Shown piece after piece: positions 20,318 through 31,100 of a DNA stretch of 64,000 nucleotides; the first letter of the stretch is position 1, and every line of letters starts with the position of its first letter. Position numbers and translations under genes: made by a program. The stretch covers positions 210,391 through 274,390 of the forward strand of contig QCDI01000001.1 of assembly GCA_003280965.1 (NCBI GenBank), read 5' to 3'. Source of the stretch: Prochlorococcus sp. AG-355-B18 (GTDB taxonomy: Bacteria; Cyanobacteriota; Cyanobacteriia; PCC-6307; Cyanobiaceae). Under the pieces are notes generated by a model, which worked only from the letters and a program-made list of their open reading frames with translations, made no database searches and was not told the origin of the DNA.

Positions 20318-20679
20318 AGGAATTTTCTTAGATTTTTATTTATTATCCTTCAAAACCTTATTTATTTTTCAGACTGTTTGAATTTGAAGATCAGAAAAAT
20401 ATAATGTAGTTCTAAATAAAATGAGAAGAAAGAGTTTCAAGAAATTTTCCAATATCTTTTTTATATAAACTATCTGTGATTTTTAAAGAGAATAATTCAT
20501 AGTCGTTTATTTCTTTTTTTTTATCAAAATTAATATTTCCCTTTAATGAAATATTTTTCATGATTGTATTGATCACTATTTAAAATTTAAACAAATTTAA
20601 TTAAAAGGCAAATTTCTTTACATTATGTTTTTATAAGAGAAATTGCTAGTTCAATCAGAGAATAATTACTTTATTCAAA

Positions 20680-21003
20680 TCAAGAGTTAATTAGTTTTTC
20701 AAAAATATACAAAAATGTATTTGTTAAAGAAAAAATTACTGTGCAAAGAGATGCAACAAAAGGTAATAAATTAAACCATAACTCTGATGTCGTCATTTTT
20801 GAATCGATAGTTAGAAATTTAGATCTTTTTTTAATTCTTATTTGTAGCCAAAATATGGATAATGGATAAATAATCCTTGAAAAAGTAATTAAAAAAGAAG
20901 GTAAAATACCTTTGTTGGTATAAAGAATAAATCCTGAAAAAAAGTATATAGCCCAAACTAACATTCTTTGAATTAATATTAATCCCTTACTTCTGCTATA
21001 CAT
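20680..21003 (-). CDS. Hypothetical membrane protein
   Basis: 107 aa, about three TM segments. Confidence 0.6.
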   Translation of the reverse strand: MYSRSKGLILIQRMLVWAIYFFSGFILYTNKGILPSFLITFSRIIYPLSIFWLQIRIKKRSKFLTIDSKMTTSELWFNLLPFVASLCTVIFSLTNTFLYIFEKLINS

Positions 21004-21013
21004 TATTAATTAA

Positions 21014-21490
21014 CTAATTAGTTTTTATAATTTTAATCATTTTATATCTTTCAAAAAAAATATTATTTATAGTAACTTTTTCTTTACGAATAATTTCCCA
21101 TCCGTTTTTCAGAAATAATTCATAACTTATCAAGCTTGCCTCAGTTGAAAGAGAATCTAAACCCTCTTTCTTAGCTTCATCTTCTAATTTTTGAAGCAAC
21201 TTAGAACCGAAACCTTTTCTCTGGAATTTACCTTTACAATAAAATAAAGCAATTCTATTGTTTGGATACCTTATAGCAAAAGCAATAATTATTCCTTTTT
21301 CACTTAAAAGCCATCCTTTCCCTTTAGTTATTGAATTATCAAAATTTGGATTATCCCACGCTTGGGCACACCATGCTCTTTTTTGCTCTTGACTATATAT
21401 TTTTTTATCTAATGATTGAATTGAATCAAAATAAACCTTCTTTAATTCAAGTTGATCTTTAATAGTAATTTGTCTTAAATTCATAAACAA
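21014..21490 (-). CDS. GNAT family N-acetyltransferase
   Basis: QRKGFGSKLL acetyl-CoA motif; TEAS. Confidence 0.85.
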   Translation of the reverse strand: MFMNLRQITIKDQLELKKVYFDSIQSLDKKIYSQEQKRAWCAQAWDNPNFDNSITKGKGWLLSEKGIIIAFAIRYPNNRIALFYCKGKFQRKGFGSKLLQKLEDEAKKEGLDSLSTEASLISYELFLKNGWEIIRKEKVTINNIFFERYKMIKIIKTN

Positions 21491-21504
21491 ATCATTAATT
21501 TATT

Positions 21505-22185
21505 ATGCATAGTAAAAATATAGTCGCAATTGGGGGAGGAGGGTTTGGACGTTCTTTGGGCTCTCTTGAAATTGAAAAATACATAATTTCTTTAATTAGT
21601 AAAAAAAGACCAAAAATTTGCTTTATCCCAACAGCATCTGGCGATAGTAGTTTGTATAAACTTAACTTTTATAGAGCATTTTCTAAACTAGATTGCATAA
21701 CAAGTCATATTGATTTTTTCTCTAGAACAGAAAACTTAGAAGAGAAAGTTTTAACTCAAGATATCATTTATGTTGGCGGAGGAAATACAAAAAGTATGTT
21801 GGCAGTTTGGAAAGAATGGAATTTACATAACATCTTATGAGATGCTTATGAAAAAGGTATTGTAATGAGTGGTGTAAGTGCTGGAGTTATTTGTTGGTTT
21901 GAGAAGGGAATAACTGATTCTTTTGCTGAGGAATTGAATATAATTGATTGCTTAGGACTAGTTAAAGGTATTTCTTGCCCTCATTTCGATGAAGAGAAAG
22001 AGAGGGAACCTTATGTTAATGATGTTATTCAGAGAGAAATTATTGAATCTTGTATTTGTATTGAGGGCAATTGTGCCTTGCATATCAAAAATGATTTTGA
22101 ATATTTCTCAATAGATTTTGGTAATGGTAAAAAGTGTTTTAGAGTGACTAAGGATAATAATAATTTAATAAAAGAAATCATTTGA
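21505..22185 (+). pseudogene. pepE: Peptidase E (S51) interrupted by an in-frame TGA
   Basis: FIPTAS, VGGGNT, GVSAG and PHF motifs all in one frame; single TGA at 21838-21840. Confidence 0.85.
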
Positions 22186-22207
22186 TGAGAAAATATTTCA
22201 AATATTT

Positions 22208-22612
22208 TTAGATCTCTTCATTTTTTGAGATAGAAGTAAATTCAATACCTTTGTATTTTATGAATGTTGCAGTCCATACTTCTTTAGAGAGATTGCCAAG
22301 GTATTTTAAGAATTGTTGTGTATCTCCATCTCTTATCCATTCAGATTTAATAAATGGCAGTTCTTTTTGCATCCTTTTAGGATGCATATGAACCAAAAGT
22401 AATCCTTTATCTTCAGAGACCCGTTTCAATGCACCTTCATCACTCCTTTGAAAAACTCTTAGTAGAAGATTTAAAATAACTTCTTCACCAAGTTTCTTGA
22501 AATTTTCTGGTTCCACTAAATTATCCTTAACTTCTTTTCCTCCAAGAGGCATTGCTCTAACAAGGTTTTGTTCTATTAATGCTATTGCAATTAGATAATC
22601 TTGGCTTGCCAT
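22208..22612 (-). CDS. Conserved-looking hypothetical protein
   Basis: 134 aa ORF; RAMPLGGK. Confidence 0.75.
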   Translation of the reverse strand: MASQDYLIAIALIEQNLVRAMPLGGKEVKDNLVEPENFKKLGEEVILNLLLRVFQRSDEGALKRVSEDKGLLLVHMHPKRMQKELPFIKSEWIRDGDTQQFLKYLGNLSKEVWTATFIKYKGIEFTSISKNEEI

Positions 22613-22770
22613 ATTGTTAAAATTACTTTTTTATATTCTAACCTCTCGAGTTCATTAAAATCTTTTATGGTTAAATGATTTTCTAAAACAATGAAAAATC
22701 AATTAAATTTTTCTTATCAAACTGTACCTTTTTTAATATTTATAGTATTTAATGATATTAAATTTTAAAT

Positions 22771-23004
22771 ATGCGATCTTTTTTATTTCTTGTTTCTGGA
22801 ATTTTTGTAGGTCTTTATTTATCTTGGCCTTGAATATTAATTTCAAAAAACTGGAAATGTTTCAATGAGATTATTGAAAAGTCAGCAGAAGACAAAATTT
22901 CAATAAAAGCATTAATGGAGGTTTCTCCTACCTATTTAATTAAGGGTAAGAATAACAATATGTCCTCAAAGATAAGAGTCGTAGCAGACGCATGTTTTCG
23001 TTAA
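22771..23004 (+). pseudogene. Small secreted/membrane protein with an internal TGA
   Basis: MRSFLFLVSGIFVGLYLSWP*ILISKNWKCF...VADACFR; stop at 22831-22833. Confidence 0.6.
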
Positions 23005-23033
23005 TATGTTCTAGTATAAAATGTATGTACTAA

Positions 23034-23834
23034 TTGATGATTAGTAATTTAAGATTTGAATTGTCATTTAAAAATATTTCGCAGTTAGAAAATAAACTTA
23101 ATTTCTGTAAATTAAATAGAATAAAAAATCTGAATATTCCCTGTAAGGGACCTATTAAGAAGGATTTTTTTAATAATACTATTAAATATATATCAAATAA
23201 CCACCAAGAATTTAACGTAACCTATCACTACAGTCTATATCATCAATACTCTCAAAATAAAGAAAAATCCTATCAAGATCTTTTAGCCTTTTTAAAAAAT
23301 TCTTATTCAAATAGAAATTATGAAATTCTTCTTGTATCAGGATCTAATAAGAAAAAAAACTTTGAGGTAGTTAATGTTTTAAGCAAAATAAAAGAAGAAA
23401 AAAATTTACAAGTGAAATTAGGTATAGCTTATAATCCATATTTGAAGAAATATTATGAGGATACTTTAGAAAGAGAAAATTTAAATAGGAAACTTTCTTC
23501 AGGTTTAATAAAATCAATTTGGTTTCAATATGGAACAGATATTAAAGTTCTTCAGAATGAAGTTACCTATATTAAGAAAGTAGCAAAACATAAAAAAATA
23601 AATCTATTTGGAAGTTTATTCATACCTTCAAAACAATTTATAGCGAGGTTTAAATTTCGTCCTTGGAAAGGGGTTCACATATCAGAAAAGTGTTTATGTT
23701 CGTTAGATTATTTTTATGAATTTACAAGAGATTTAGTTTGTTTTTATAAAAATAATAATATTACTCCTGTAATTGAAACTGATTTTGCATCATCAGAAAA
23801 ACTTGATTCAGTTTATAGTTTCTTTAAAAAATAA
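23034..23834 (+). CDS. Hypothetical protein (possibly MTHFR-like fold)
   Basis: 266 aa; LLVSGS, GIAYNPY, IWFQYG. Confidence 0.65.
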   Translation: MMISNLRFELSFKNISQLENKLNFCKLNRIKNLNIPCKGPIKKDFFNNTIKYISNNHQEFNVTYHYSLYHQYSQNKEKSYQDLLAFLKNSYSNRNYEILLVSGSNKKKNFEVVNVLSKIKEEKNLQVKLGIAYNPYLKKYYEDTLERENLNRKLSSGLIKSIWFQYGTDIKVLQNEVTYIKKVAKHKKINLFGSLFIPSKQFIARFKFRPWKGVHISEKCLCSLDYFYEFTRDLVCFYKNNNITPVIETDFASSEKLDSVYSFFKK

Positions 23835-23860
23835 AGGTAATTTCTTTCAATTTAAGAATT

Positions 23861-25018
23861 ATGAATAAAGGTTATAAATACGATTTGTTAATAATAGGTG
23901 GAGGAATATCTGCATGTGTTTTTGCTTCAAAGTTTCTTCAAAATAACACTACAAAAAAAATTGCATTAATTGAGGTTGGTCGTGGTCTTGGAGGACGATC
24001 AAGTACAAGAATAAGCAAAAGATTTAAAGGATGGAGACTAAACCATGGGGCTCCAAATTTAAATATATGCAACAGTAAAAATGACTTCCTTTTAAAAAGT
24101 TTTATTGATGGATTATTAGATAATAAATTAATTAAAATTGATGATTCAGAAATAGCTTATCTTGATGAGGAAGCTAATTTAGAAACCATAAAAAATTCTG
24201 AATTTAATTGCGGGATTAATTATCATTCTTTATTTTCTATGAGTCAATTATCTGAAAATATTATTGAATTGAATAATTTGAGGGGTAATATTGATTTTTA
24301 TTTTGAAACTTTAATAGTTGATTTGGAGTTTGATAATGATGAATGGACATTAACATCTAAAAATGGGGATAAATTCAAATCTAATTATCTTGTTTGTTCA
24401 ACTAATTTGTTATCACATAAAAGGTCGTTAAAAATATTAAAGGTTGATCAAATTCCATTAAGAAAAGCTATTCCTAAAAATAAAGATAAAAAAATTGATT
24501 TGCTTTTAAATTTTTTAGATAAACAAACATTTATTCCTAGGCTAACTTTTTTAATTTATACAAACGAAAATTATAAATTTAAAGATCTTTATTCTAAGAA
24601 ATATAGGTGTTTTTATTTAAAAAAAAGTCTGGAGAATGAGTATAAAATTGAAAGAGTTATTTTTCAGTCACTAGATAACAACAAATTAGGAATTGTATTA
24701 CATTCAAAAAATTTAGGTTTTATTAATTCTTATTTAAACACTAAAGATGAAAATCTTTTTAAACAAAAAATATTTTCAAACTTCAATAGATTGTTTACTA
24801 ATAATGCTTCAGTAAATCAATTAACTTGTAATGAGGAGATCTCTATTATGAGATGGAGAGCCTCTCAACCTTCAGGATGCGCCGTCCCTCTATCTTTGCA
24901 ATTTAGTAGAAAATATAGAATTGGATTTTGCGGAGATTGGTTTGAAGGAGAAGGATTCGCTAGAATTGAGGGATCAATTTTAAGTGCTCTAAAATTAGAG
25001 GAAAAATTTAAAACTTAA
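23861..25018 (+). CDS. NAD(P)/FAD-dependent oxidoreductase (renalase-like)
   Basis: IIGGGISA, GLGGRSSTR, NHGAP, CGDW...IEG. Confidence 0.85.
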   Translation: MNKGYKYDLLIIGGGISACVFASKFLQNNTTKKIALIEVGRGLGGRSSTRISKRFKGWRLNHGAPNLNICNSKNDFLLKSFIDGLLDNKLIKIDDSEIAYLDEEANLETIKNSEFNCGINYHSLFSMSQLSENIIELNNLRGNIDFYFETLIVDLEFDNDEWTLTSKNGDKFKSNYLVCSTNLLSHKRSLKILKVDQIPLRKAIPKNKDKKIDLLLNFLDKQTFIPRLTFLIYTNENYKFKDLYSKKYRCFYLKKSLENEYKIERVIFQSLDNNKLGIVLHSKNLGFINSYLNTKDENLFKQKIFSNFNRLFTNNASVNQLTCNEEISIMRWRASQPSGCAVPLSLQFSRKYRIGFCGDWFEGEGFARIEGSILSALKLEEKFKT

Positions 25019-25612
25019 TCAAATAATTTTTTTAAGTATTTGATCAATATTAGTGTCTTTAGTGATAGTGAATTCATCAGCATTATTCTTTATATTTATA
25101 TTTTTAAATTTCTCATAATAAATATCCCACGATTTTAAAAAATCATCTTCAGCTTGTTTTTTGGTCTTCCCCCTTTCTTTAAGATCTCTTAGGATAACTC
25201 TTTTCATACACTCATTTTTATTAATTTTTAATTCTAAAAAAGTATAATTTTGATTACGTAATGTGCCTGAGAATTCTTTAGCAAAAATACCCTCAATAAT
25301 TAAAAAATTAATATTATTTGTTTCGTTAAATAAATTATTTATTAATTTCTTTTCAAAATTATATGAACGTTCTTGGATTGAAATTCCATTTTTAAGAATA
25401 AAATTAAAATCTTTTTTAAATAGTTTGTAATTAAAACTAATGCTTCTATCGAAGTAGCTCGCTACAAATTTTGAAAGGAATTTACTTATTAACCCAACTT
25501 TATAGTAATTGTCTGTACTTAAAATGATGCCATTTTTAATTTTCCCTATAATTCTTTTGGATAAGGTTGTTTTACCACTACCAGAAGGACCACTTATAAA
25601 TATAAGTTTCAT
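25019..25612 (-). CDS. Uridine kinase/PRK family P-loop kinase
   Basis: GPSGSGKTT, DNYY, IIEGIF, RD..ERG. Confidence 0.8.
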   Translation of the reverse strand: MKLIFISGPSGSGKTTLSKRIIGKIKNGIILSTDNYYKVGLISKFLSKFVASYFDRSISFNYKLFKKDFNFILKNGISIQERSYNFEKKLINNLFNETNNINFLIIEGIFAKEFSGTLRNQNYTFLELKINKNECMKRVILRDLKERGKTKKQAEDDFLKSWDIYYEKFKNINIKNNADEFTITKDTNIDQILKKII

Positions 25613-25889
25613 TTTCTATGCGCTGGTCTTTATTAAGATTCTCATTTTACTAATATTAAGACTTTTAATTTTGGAAAGTACATTTTTCTTTTTCTAAAAT
25701 TTTGAGAATAATCTTATACCCTTTGCAATGGTTTGTAAGCTTGCATAAATAATAAATATGTGTCTTTATGTATATGTAAATAAATTAAAGTTATTAAATT
25801 ATCTATAGTTTGTTGTTAATTCTAATTTTAATTCAAGGTTGACAATATTTTTAGATAGAAAAATTTAATTTTATTACTTATACATTGCA

Positions 25890-26219
25890 ATGATTTCTAA
25901 ATTTCTAGGTAAACTAAAATCAATTCTATTTAAAAGTCCAGTATCCTCTGAAACTCCTTTAAAGAAAGAAAAACCAACCAAGTCAGCAAAATTATCAAAA
26001 ACAAAAACAAAAACTAAAACAAAGGCAAAACAAGTTAATTCAAAGAAAAATATTGAGAACTTAACTTCACTTCCTGGTGTTGGAGCTAAAAGTGCTAAAG
26101 CTTTGTATGAGGCTGGATTTAAAACAACAAAAGCAGTTATCTCAGCTGATGAAAAAGATCTATTAGCTGTAACTGGTGTTGGAATAAACCTTGTTAAAAA
26201 GCTTAAAAAGCTTAAATAA
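25890..26219 (+). CDS. Helix-hairpin-helix domain protein
   Basis: LPGVGAKSA and VTGVG motifs. Confidence 0.8.
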   Translation: MISKFLGKLKSILFKSPVSSETPLKKEKPTKSAKLSKTKTKTKTKAKQVNSKKNIENLTSLPGVGAKSAKALYEAGFKTTKAVISADEKDLLAVTGVGINLVKKLKKLK

Positions 26220-26280
26220 ATATATATTTTATTTTAAAGTAATAAAGAGTTGGTTTTACTCTATTAAGTCTAGAAGAAAT

Positions 26281-26457
26281 TTATCTTCTTCTTGCTTTTC
26301 TTCTTTGTTGCAATTTCCTTTTGTATTTTTCAATAGGCGTCTCATGATGTCTAAGTCTTTTTAAATCTGCAAAAATTCCCGATTTAGATACTTGTCTTTT
26401 AAATCTTCTAAGGGCTGATTCAATTCCCTCATTCTCTCCAACTGTTACTTGTGTCAA
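26281..26457 (-). CDS. rpsU: 30S ribosomal protein S21
   Basis: Hand-translated from [61 protein letters not shown]. Confidence 0.95.
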
Positions 26458-26542
26458 AATTTTCTAAATAAATTATATTCTAACATCTTATCAGAGTTAT
26501 TCTAAATTTAAAACTTTAACTCAAGCATTGTTTATTTAGAAT

Positions 26543-27001
26543 TTATTTTATAGACCACTCCACAAATCCCTTTTTATTACTTTTTATATCTTCTAAGGAT
26601 TCAAAATAATATTTTTTCCAATTATCTTTAGGCAGTCCAAGAAAAAGCATTAGATTTAAAGGGTATTTATTGCTATCAGAACAATTTCTAAAATCATCTC
26701 TGAATAAAAATATTTTCTTTTTTAGAGCAATTGCAATACCTAATTCAATCATTACACCTTCATCTGGGGGCGTTCCATTAACAATCGCAAAAATGCAATC
26801 ACATTTTTTTAAATCATTGAAATTACTTTCAGCCAGGTTATAGGCCCAGTTATCTTTTTTTTTCATTATCTGTTTAGTCCTCTCAAAAGGTTCGTAAACT
26901 TCAATATTTAAACCATTGAAAATATTAATAAATTCATTCAAGAGGCTTTTAGTTTGTTTAGAAAATCCATATGGATTAGCTAAATATAATTTCTTTTTCA
27001 A
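26543..27001 (-). CDS. Nucleoside 2-deoxyribosyltransferase family protein
   Basis: YLANPYGF, DEGVMIELG, LNLML. Confidence 0.85.
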   Translation of the reverse strand: MKKKLYLANPYGFSKQTKSLLNEFINIFNGLNIEVYEPFERTKQIMKKKDNWAYNLAESNFNDLKKCDCIFAIVNGTPPDEGVMIELGIAIALKKKIFLFRDDFRNCSDSNKYPLNLMLFLGLPKDNWKKYYFESLEDIKSNKKGFVEWSIK

Positions 27002-27393
27002 CTTAAGCCCCTTTTTTTGTTGTAATCGTTGCGATCACTTTGTAAATTTAAAGGGTTTTCCCAAGGGAAAACTATCCATTCATTTTTTTCTGATATTTGT
27101 ACACTATTCCACCAAGTAGGACTAACTTTACTAAATAATACAAAAAACATAGCTCCTTCAATATGTTTGAAGGCTTTTAATGTAATACCTGTTTCATAAA
27201 TATCATCTACTATTAGCGAATTTTTGATGGGTTCTGAAATCAAATTTATTTTTAATTTATGGCTTAGCGCTACAGCAAGACATAATCCTCCACGAGGAAT
27301 TCCATATATTCCAGAAAATTCTAAAAACTTACATTTGTTAGCGATATACTCTACGCTCTTATCAAATTCGCACCAACTAAAGTACTTTACCAT
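26998..27393 (-). CDS. Purine phosphoribosyltransferase-like protein
   Basis: GIPRGG, LIVDDIYETG, WIVFPWE. Confidence 0.85.
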   Translation of the reverse strand: MVKYFSWCEFDKSVEYIANKCKFLEFSGIYGIPRGGLCLAVALSHKLKINLISEPIKNSLIVDDIYETGITLKAFKHIEGAMFFVLFSKVSPTWWNSVQISEKNEWIVFPWENPLNLQSDRNDYNKKRGLS

Positions 27394-27394
27394 G

Positions 27395-27574
27395 TTAATT
27401 TTTTCCTTTTTCAATTGTAGTTGAATAATTTGATGCGATTACGCTTAAAAGTGCTAATACTTGTTCATTAGGGCAATTAGTATTTTTTTTTAAATTTTCA
27501 CATTCTTTTATTATGTTGGCATAAGTATCTTCGACGATTCCGTTCATTTGTTCATTACTAAAAGAATATGGCAT
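27395..27574 (-). CDS. Small hypothetical protein (59 aa)
   Basis: Hand-translated MPYSFSNEQMNGIVEDTYANIIKECENLKK...; abuts the PRTase start. Confidence 0.55.
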   Translation of the reverse strand: MPYSFSNEQMNGIVEDTYANIIKECENLKKNTNCPNEQVLALLSVIASNYSTTIEKGKN

Positions 27575-27653
27575 ATTTATTTATAATTAATAAATATTTT
27601 TATTTTTACTCAAATATCCAAAGAAGTAAATATGTATATTAATTAAAAAAAAA

Positions 27654-28157
27654 TTATTTCCACATAGGGTCATTTAGCTTTTCAATCTTAAGTGAATTAG
27701 GAACGTATGTATGTAAAGTTTCAACTTTTATAGCCCATTTTTTTGAGTTACCTTTTAAACTATCGCTTGTAATTAGGTTTGTTAGTGAAATTCTTTTTCT
27801 AATTTTAAGAAGACCTAGACAAGTTTCCCAGGCCACTTGATTTTTATAAATATCTAACCAAAAATCAAAAATACTTTCCAATACATCAAGCGGGATATCA
27901 AAAGAAATACCCATAGATGGATTCTCAATTAAATAATTTTTATTTCTTAGTTCATGTAATAAATTATCTATATTTAATTTAATGGCGAAGAGAATATCTT
28001 TTGCTGATTGATAACCTATTAATTCTTTTCTGTGGCAATCTAGAAGGGTTTTATCCTCAAGAACATTCTCATTACAATTTTTGACTCCAACAATCCAAAA
28101 CCCTTCTCCATTTTTTACTCCACTAGCAAGAAAAAGATAATGAGCTGAATTGTCCAA
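27654..28157 (-). CDS. Hypothetical protein
   Basis: 167 aa ORF. Confidence 0.7.
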   Translation of the reverse strand: MDNSAHYLFLASGVKNGEGFWIVGVKNCNENVLEDKTLLDCHRKELIGYQSAKDILFAIKLNIDNLLHELRNKNYLIENPSMGISFDIPLDVLESIFDFWLDIYKNQVAWETCLGLLKIRKRISLTNLITSDSLKGNSKKWAIKVETLHTYVPNSLKIEKLNDPMWK

Positions 28158-28382
28158 AATTTAAAATCATTTCTTTATTTTTAACATTTATTGCTAGTTA
28201 TGAAAATATATTTTGCTCTAAAATCACAATATTAATTTCTCGTTAAAAGAATTTAGTTGTTAAGATCAGGTTTTAATGAATAATGTTTGATTTAAAAGAG
28301 CTAAAACTAATGTTTTTGGACCCGACAGATTTGATAATCAATAATATAAATAAATTTCTTAGTAGTAAAAAACCAATTAAAT

Positions 28383-28607
28383 TTATTTTTTCTTAGGAAA
28401 TAATTTCCCAATTTTTTCTTGTTGAATAGATTCTTTTTTTGTTCTTATTTTTTTATCTTCTATTGATTCTTTGTTAGTGCTTACAGCATAAATAATATAG
28501 AAAATCATGGCAGTAAATACTAATCCTAAAAAAAGAATCAGTATACCTAAAGGTTCTCTAGGACTAAAAATTTTGAGGTCTAAAGCTGTATTTAGCGAAA
28601 TTAGCAT
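28383..28607 (-). CDS. Small membrane protein
   Basis: One TM helix. Confidence 0.55.
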   Translation of the reverse strand: MLISLNTALDLKIFSPREPLGILILFLGLVFTAMIFYIIYAVSTNKESIEDKKIRTKKESIQQEKIGKLFPKKK

Positions 28608-28643
28608 TAATTAAGTAATTCCTTAGATAACTTTTATTGAAAT

Positions 28644-28877
28644 CTAATTGATTTCTTCGTAACCAAAGAATGTGGAATTATCAGAATTTTTATACCCATT
28701 TGCTGCTTCCTGTGGATTCTGACTATCAATTTTTCTTGCTTTAGCGTGAATCATATTGAATGGAAAAATCACAGCTCCAACAAAAAAATGAAGTATTAAA
28801 AAGTCTGAAGGTAGTCCATTTGTCCAATCAGGGAAAAATAACAATGTCATCAATGATTCGTACATATTAGTAATCAA
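28644..28877 (-). CDS. Small membrane protein
   Basis: One TM helix. Confidence 0.55.
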   Translation of the reverse strand: MITNMYESLMTLLFFPDWTNGLPSDFLILHFFVGAVIFPFNMIHAKARKIDSQNPQEAANGYKNSDNSTFFGYEEIN

Positions 28878-29027
28878 ATAAACCTCTGACTATTATTGCT
28901 GAACTTATTGCAATACTATTAATTTTTAATAAATTGAAATTTATTTTTGCTTTAAGAATTATAAGATTCAATTGAAAAGACAATAATAAAAATACTATAT
29001 TATTTAAAAAGTACTAATTTATAGCTA

Positions 29028-29429
29028 TTGTTGAAATTCTTTTTTTGTTTAATTATTTCTTTAATTTACTTGTTAAATCCGCCATTAGGATTGGCATTTG
29101 ACACGTCAGATCCTAGTGTTAGTCTACTCCAAAATAGGATCTCTAATAATTTCTCAAGAAAATATTGTAAGGCTATTCAAAATGGTTTTTCTAAAGATGA
29201 AGCAATGAAATCAGCAATTGTAAAAACAGAAAACATTATATCTTTTTCCTATAATCCACAAAAAAAATGGATTGAGAAAGATGACTTGGCAAATCAAATT
29301 TCATTGCAAGTAGTAAATGATTGTGGTTGGTCATTTGGATTAATGGGAAAGGAGGGAGTTAATTATTTTAAATCTTATTTTCTAGAAATTTACGAAAAAA
29401 CTACTCCAGACAAAAATTTTTCTAGATAG
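29028..29429 (+). CDS. Secreted hypothetical protein
   Basis: Signal-like N-terminus; YCKAIQNG. Confidence 0.65.
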   Translation: MLKFFFCLIISLIYLLNPPLGLAFDTSDPSVSLLQNRISNNFSRKYCKAIQNGFSKDEAMKSAIVKTENIISFSYNPQKKWIEKDDLANQISLQVVNDCGWSFGLMGKEGVNYFKSYFLEIYEKTTPDKNFSR

Positions 29430-29438
29430 ATTTGTTAA

Positions 29439-29633
29439 ATGAAAAATATTTCAGACAAATTAGTCATGATTATAATCTTAATAACTATTCTTTTTGTGTT
29501 TGGATTAATTTTTTCAGTAAAATCTCCAGAGAGGAAGATTATAGATTCACCAATTATTTGGAAAGAAGATTATTCGAAAATATCTATTTTTAATAGCTAT
29601 GAGAAAAATTACGAAGGAATAACGATAATTTAA
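29439..29633 (+). CDS. Small membrane protein
   Basis: N-terminal TM helix. Confidence 0.5.
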   Translation: MKNISDKLVMIIILITILFVFGLIFSVKSPERKIIDSPIIWKEDYSKISIFNSYEKNYEGITII

Positions 29634-29728
29634 ATAACATAAAATTCAAAATTATTTAAATTCATGAAAGTTTTATTAAAAATGATAAAAATAACTTTGG
29701 GATTCTATGTCAATTCGTATCACATTTT

Positions 29729-30070
29729 TTAATTTATGTAGTTTAAAAGAACTGAAGCTAGTCTTAAATCATCATTAAACCATGCTCGTATTGCCATAGA
29801 TCTTCTGGGATCATAAAAATTTTGTTTTCTATACCAACTAAGTACTTCCGAATCTGACTTCTTGCCATTACATGACAAACAACAAGGCACACAATTGCTT
29901 GTGCTGCTTTTGCCTCCCTTTGACTTTGGATGAAGGTGGTCAAGTGATTCAGATGGTTTACCGCAATAAATACATTTATATTTAGTGATTTTATTTAGTG
30001 ACTGTTTCCAACTTTTATTATTTATCTTGGGACATAGCTGATCAAGGTAAATTGCATCTTTTCTATGCAT
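29729..30070 (-). CDS. HNH endonuclease
   Basis: CIYCG...DHLHPKSKGG...NCVPCCLSCNGKK. Confidence 0.9.
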   Translation of the reverse strand: MHRKDAIYLDQLCPKINNKSWKQSLNKITKYKCIYCGKPSESLDHLHPKSKGGKSSTSNCVPCCLSCNGKKSDSEVLSWYRKQNFYDPRRSMAIRAWFNDDLRLASVLLNYIN

Positions 30071-30174
30071 AATATTCTTGATGTTTTATTGATAATAACA
30101 GTTTTTAATAAACTATGATTGATAAAGAGAAGAAAATACTATCTAAGTCATAGATTTCTTATTAAAATTATTAA

Positions 30175-31017
30175 ATGGTTTTTAAGAATTTGAATTTTGA
30201 TTCAATGCTTTATTTACTAACAATATTTGTAGATAGTCAAGATCATTCTATATATAAAAGCATTACTATTTTTTTGATATCTTTCTTTTCTAATACGTTT
30301 TCAGCAATTTCTGGAGGTGGAGCAGGTTTATTTCAATTACCCGCCTTAATATTATCAGGTGTTCCTTATTATCAAGCTCTGGCTAGCCATAAATTAGCAA
30401 CAGTAGCTCTAGGAATAGGCGGTTCATTAAGAAATTACAAATCTCTTGGAAACGATATTTACATAGCAGTGCAAATTTTAATTTTTGGATTGCCAGGAGT
30501 GATTTTTGGAGCTTCTTTAGTTGAATTTATATCAGAACAATATTTGTACTTAACTTTAGGAGTATTTTCAATATTGTTAGCTTTTTACTCATTCATTAGA
30601 TCAGATTTAGGTTTAACTTCAGTTAATAATAATCTTAACTTGACCCACAAAATTAGGTTTTTAATTTTTATTTTCTTTATAGGAATTTTGAATGGTTCTA
30701 TTTCTTCAGGAACTGGATTGCTTGTAACAATACTTTTAATCAAAACTTTTGGAATAGATTTTCTTCGTGCTATAAGTTTGACATTCTTTACTGTTGGAAT
30801 TTTTTGGAATTTTACTGGAGCAATTTATTTGAGTAAAATAGGAACAGTTCCCCAAAATATATTATTTTTATTATTAATTGGTTCTTTTGCAGGAGGATAT
30901 TTTGGAGCTCATTTATCAAAATTAAAAGGAAATGAACTAGTTAAAAAAACTTTTACCACAGTTTGTCTTCTTGTAGGTATTAGTTTATTTATTAAATCCA
31001 TTAAGACTTTTTTGTAG
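30175..31017 (+). CDS. Sulfite exporter TauE/SafE family protein
   Basis: SGGGAG...P motif; multiple TM helices. Confidence 0.85.
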   Translation: MVFKNLNFDSMLYLLTIFVDSQDHSIYKSITIFLISFFSNTFSAISGGGAGLFQLPALILSGVPYYQALASHKLATVALGIGGSLRNYKSLGNDIYIAVQILIFGLPGVIFGASLVEFISEQYLYLTLGVFSILLAFYSFIRSDLGLTSVNNNLNLTHKIRFLIFIFFIGILNGSISSGTGLLVTILLIKTFGIDFLRAISLTFFTVGIFWNFTGAIYLSKIGTVPQNILFLLLIGSFAGGYFGAHLSKLKGNELVKKTFTTVCLLVGISLFIKSIKTFL

Positions 31018-31057
31018 TTTAACTGCAAGTATTAATATAGTTGTTTTAAAAAAGATC

Positions 31058-31100
31058 AAAAAAAAGGCCTCACATTTGTGAAGCCGGGTGATGGGGAACC
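31058..31100 (-). ncRNA. Candidate small RNA (CCCCAUC segment plus terminator)
   Basis: Minus strand GGUUCCCCAUCACCC-GGCUUCAC-AAAU-GUGAGGCC-U8; upstream TTGCAA-17 nt-TAAAAA. Confidence 0.55.

Noticed and set aside
21838..22833. TGA recoding (selenocysteine or alternative genetic code)
   Set aside because: TGA is a normal stop in many intact genes here, and neither site looks like a catalytic Cys position
27626..27640. LexA-box-like AGTAAATATGTATA upstream of the salvage genes
   Set aside because: Two or more mismatches to the cyanobacterial consensus in very AT-rich DNA; chance match likely
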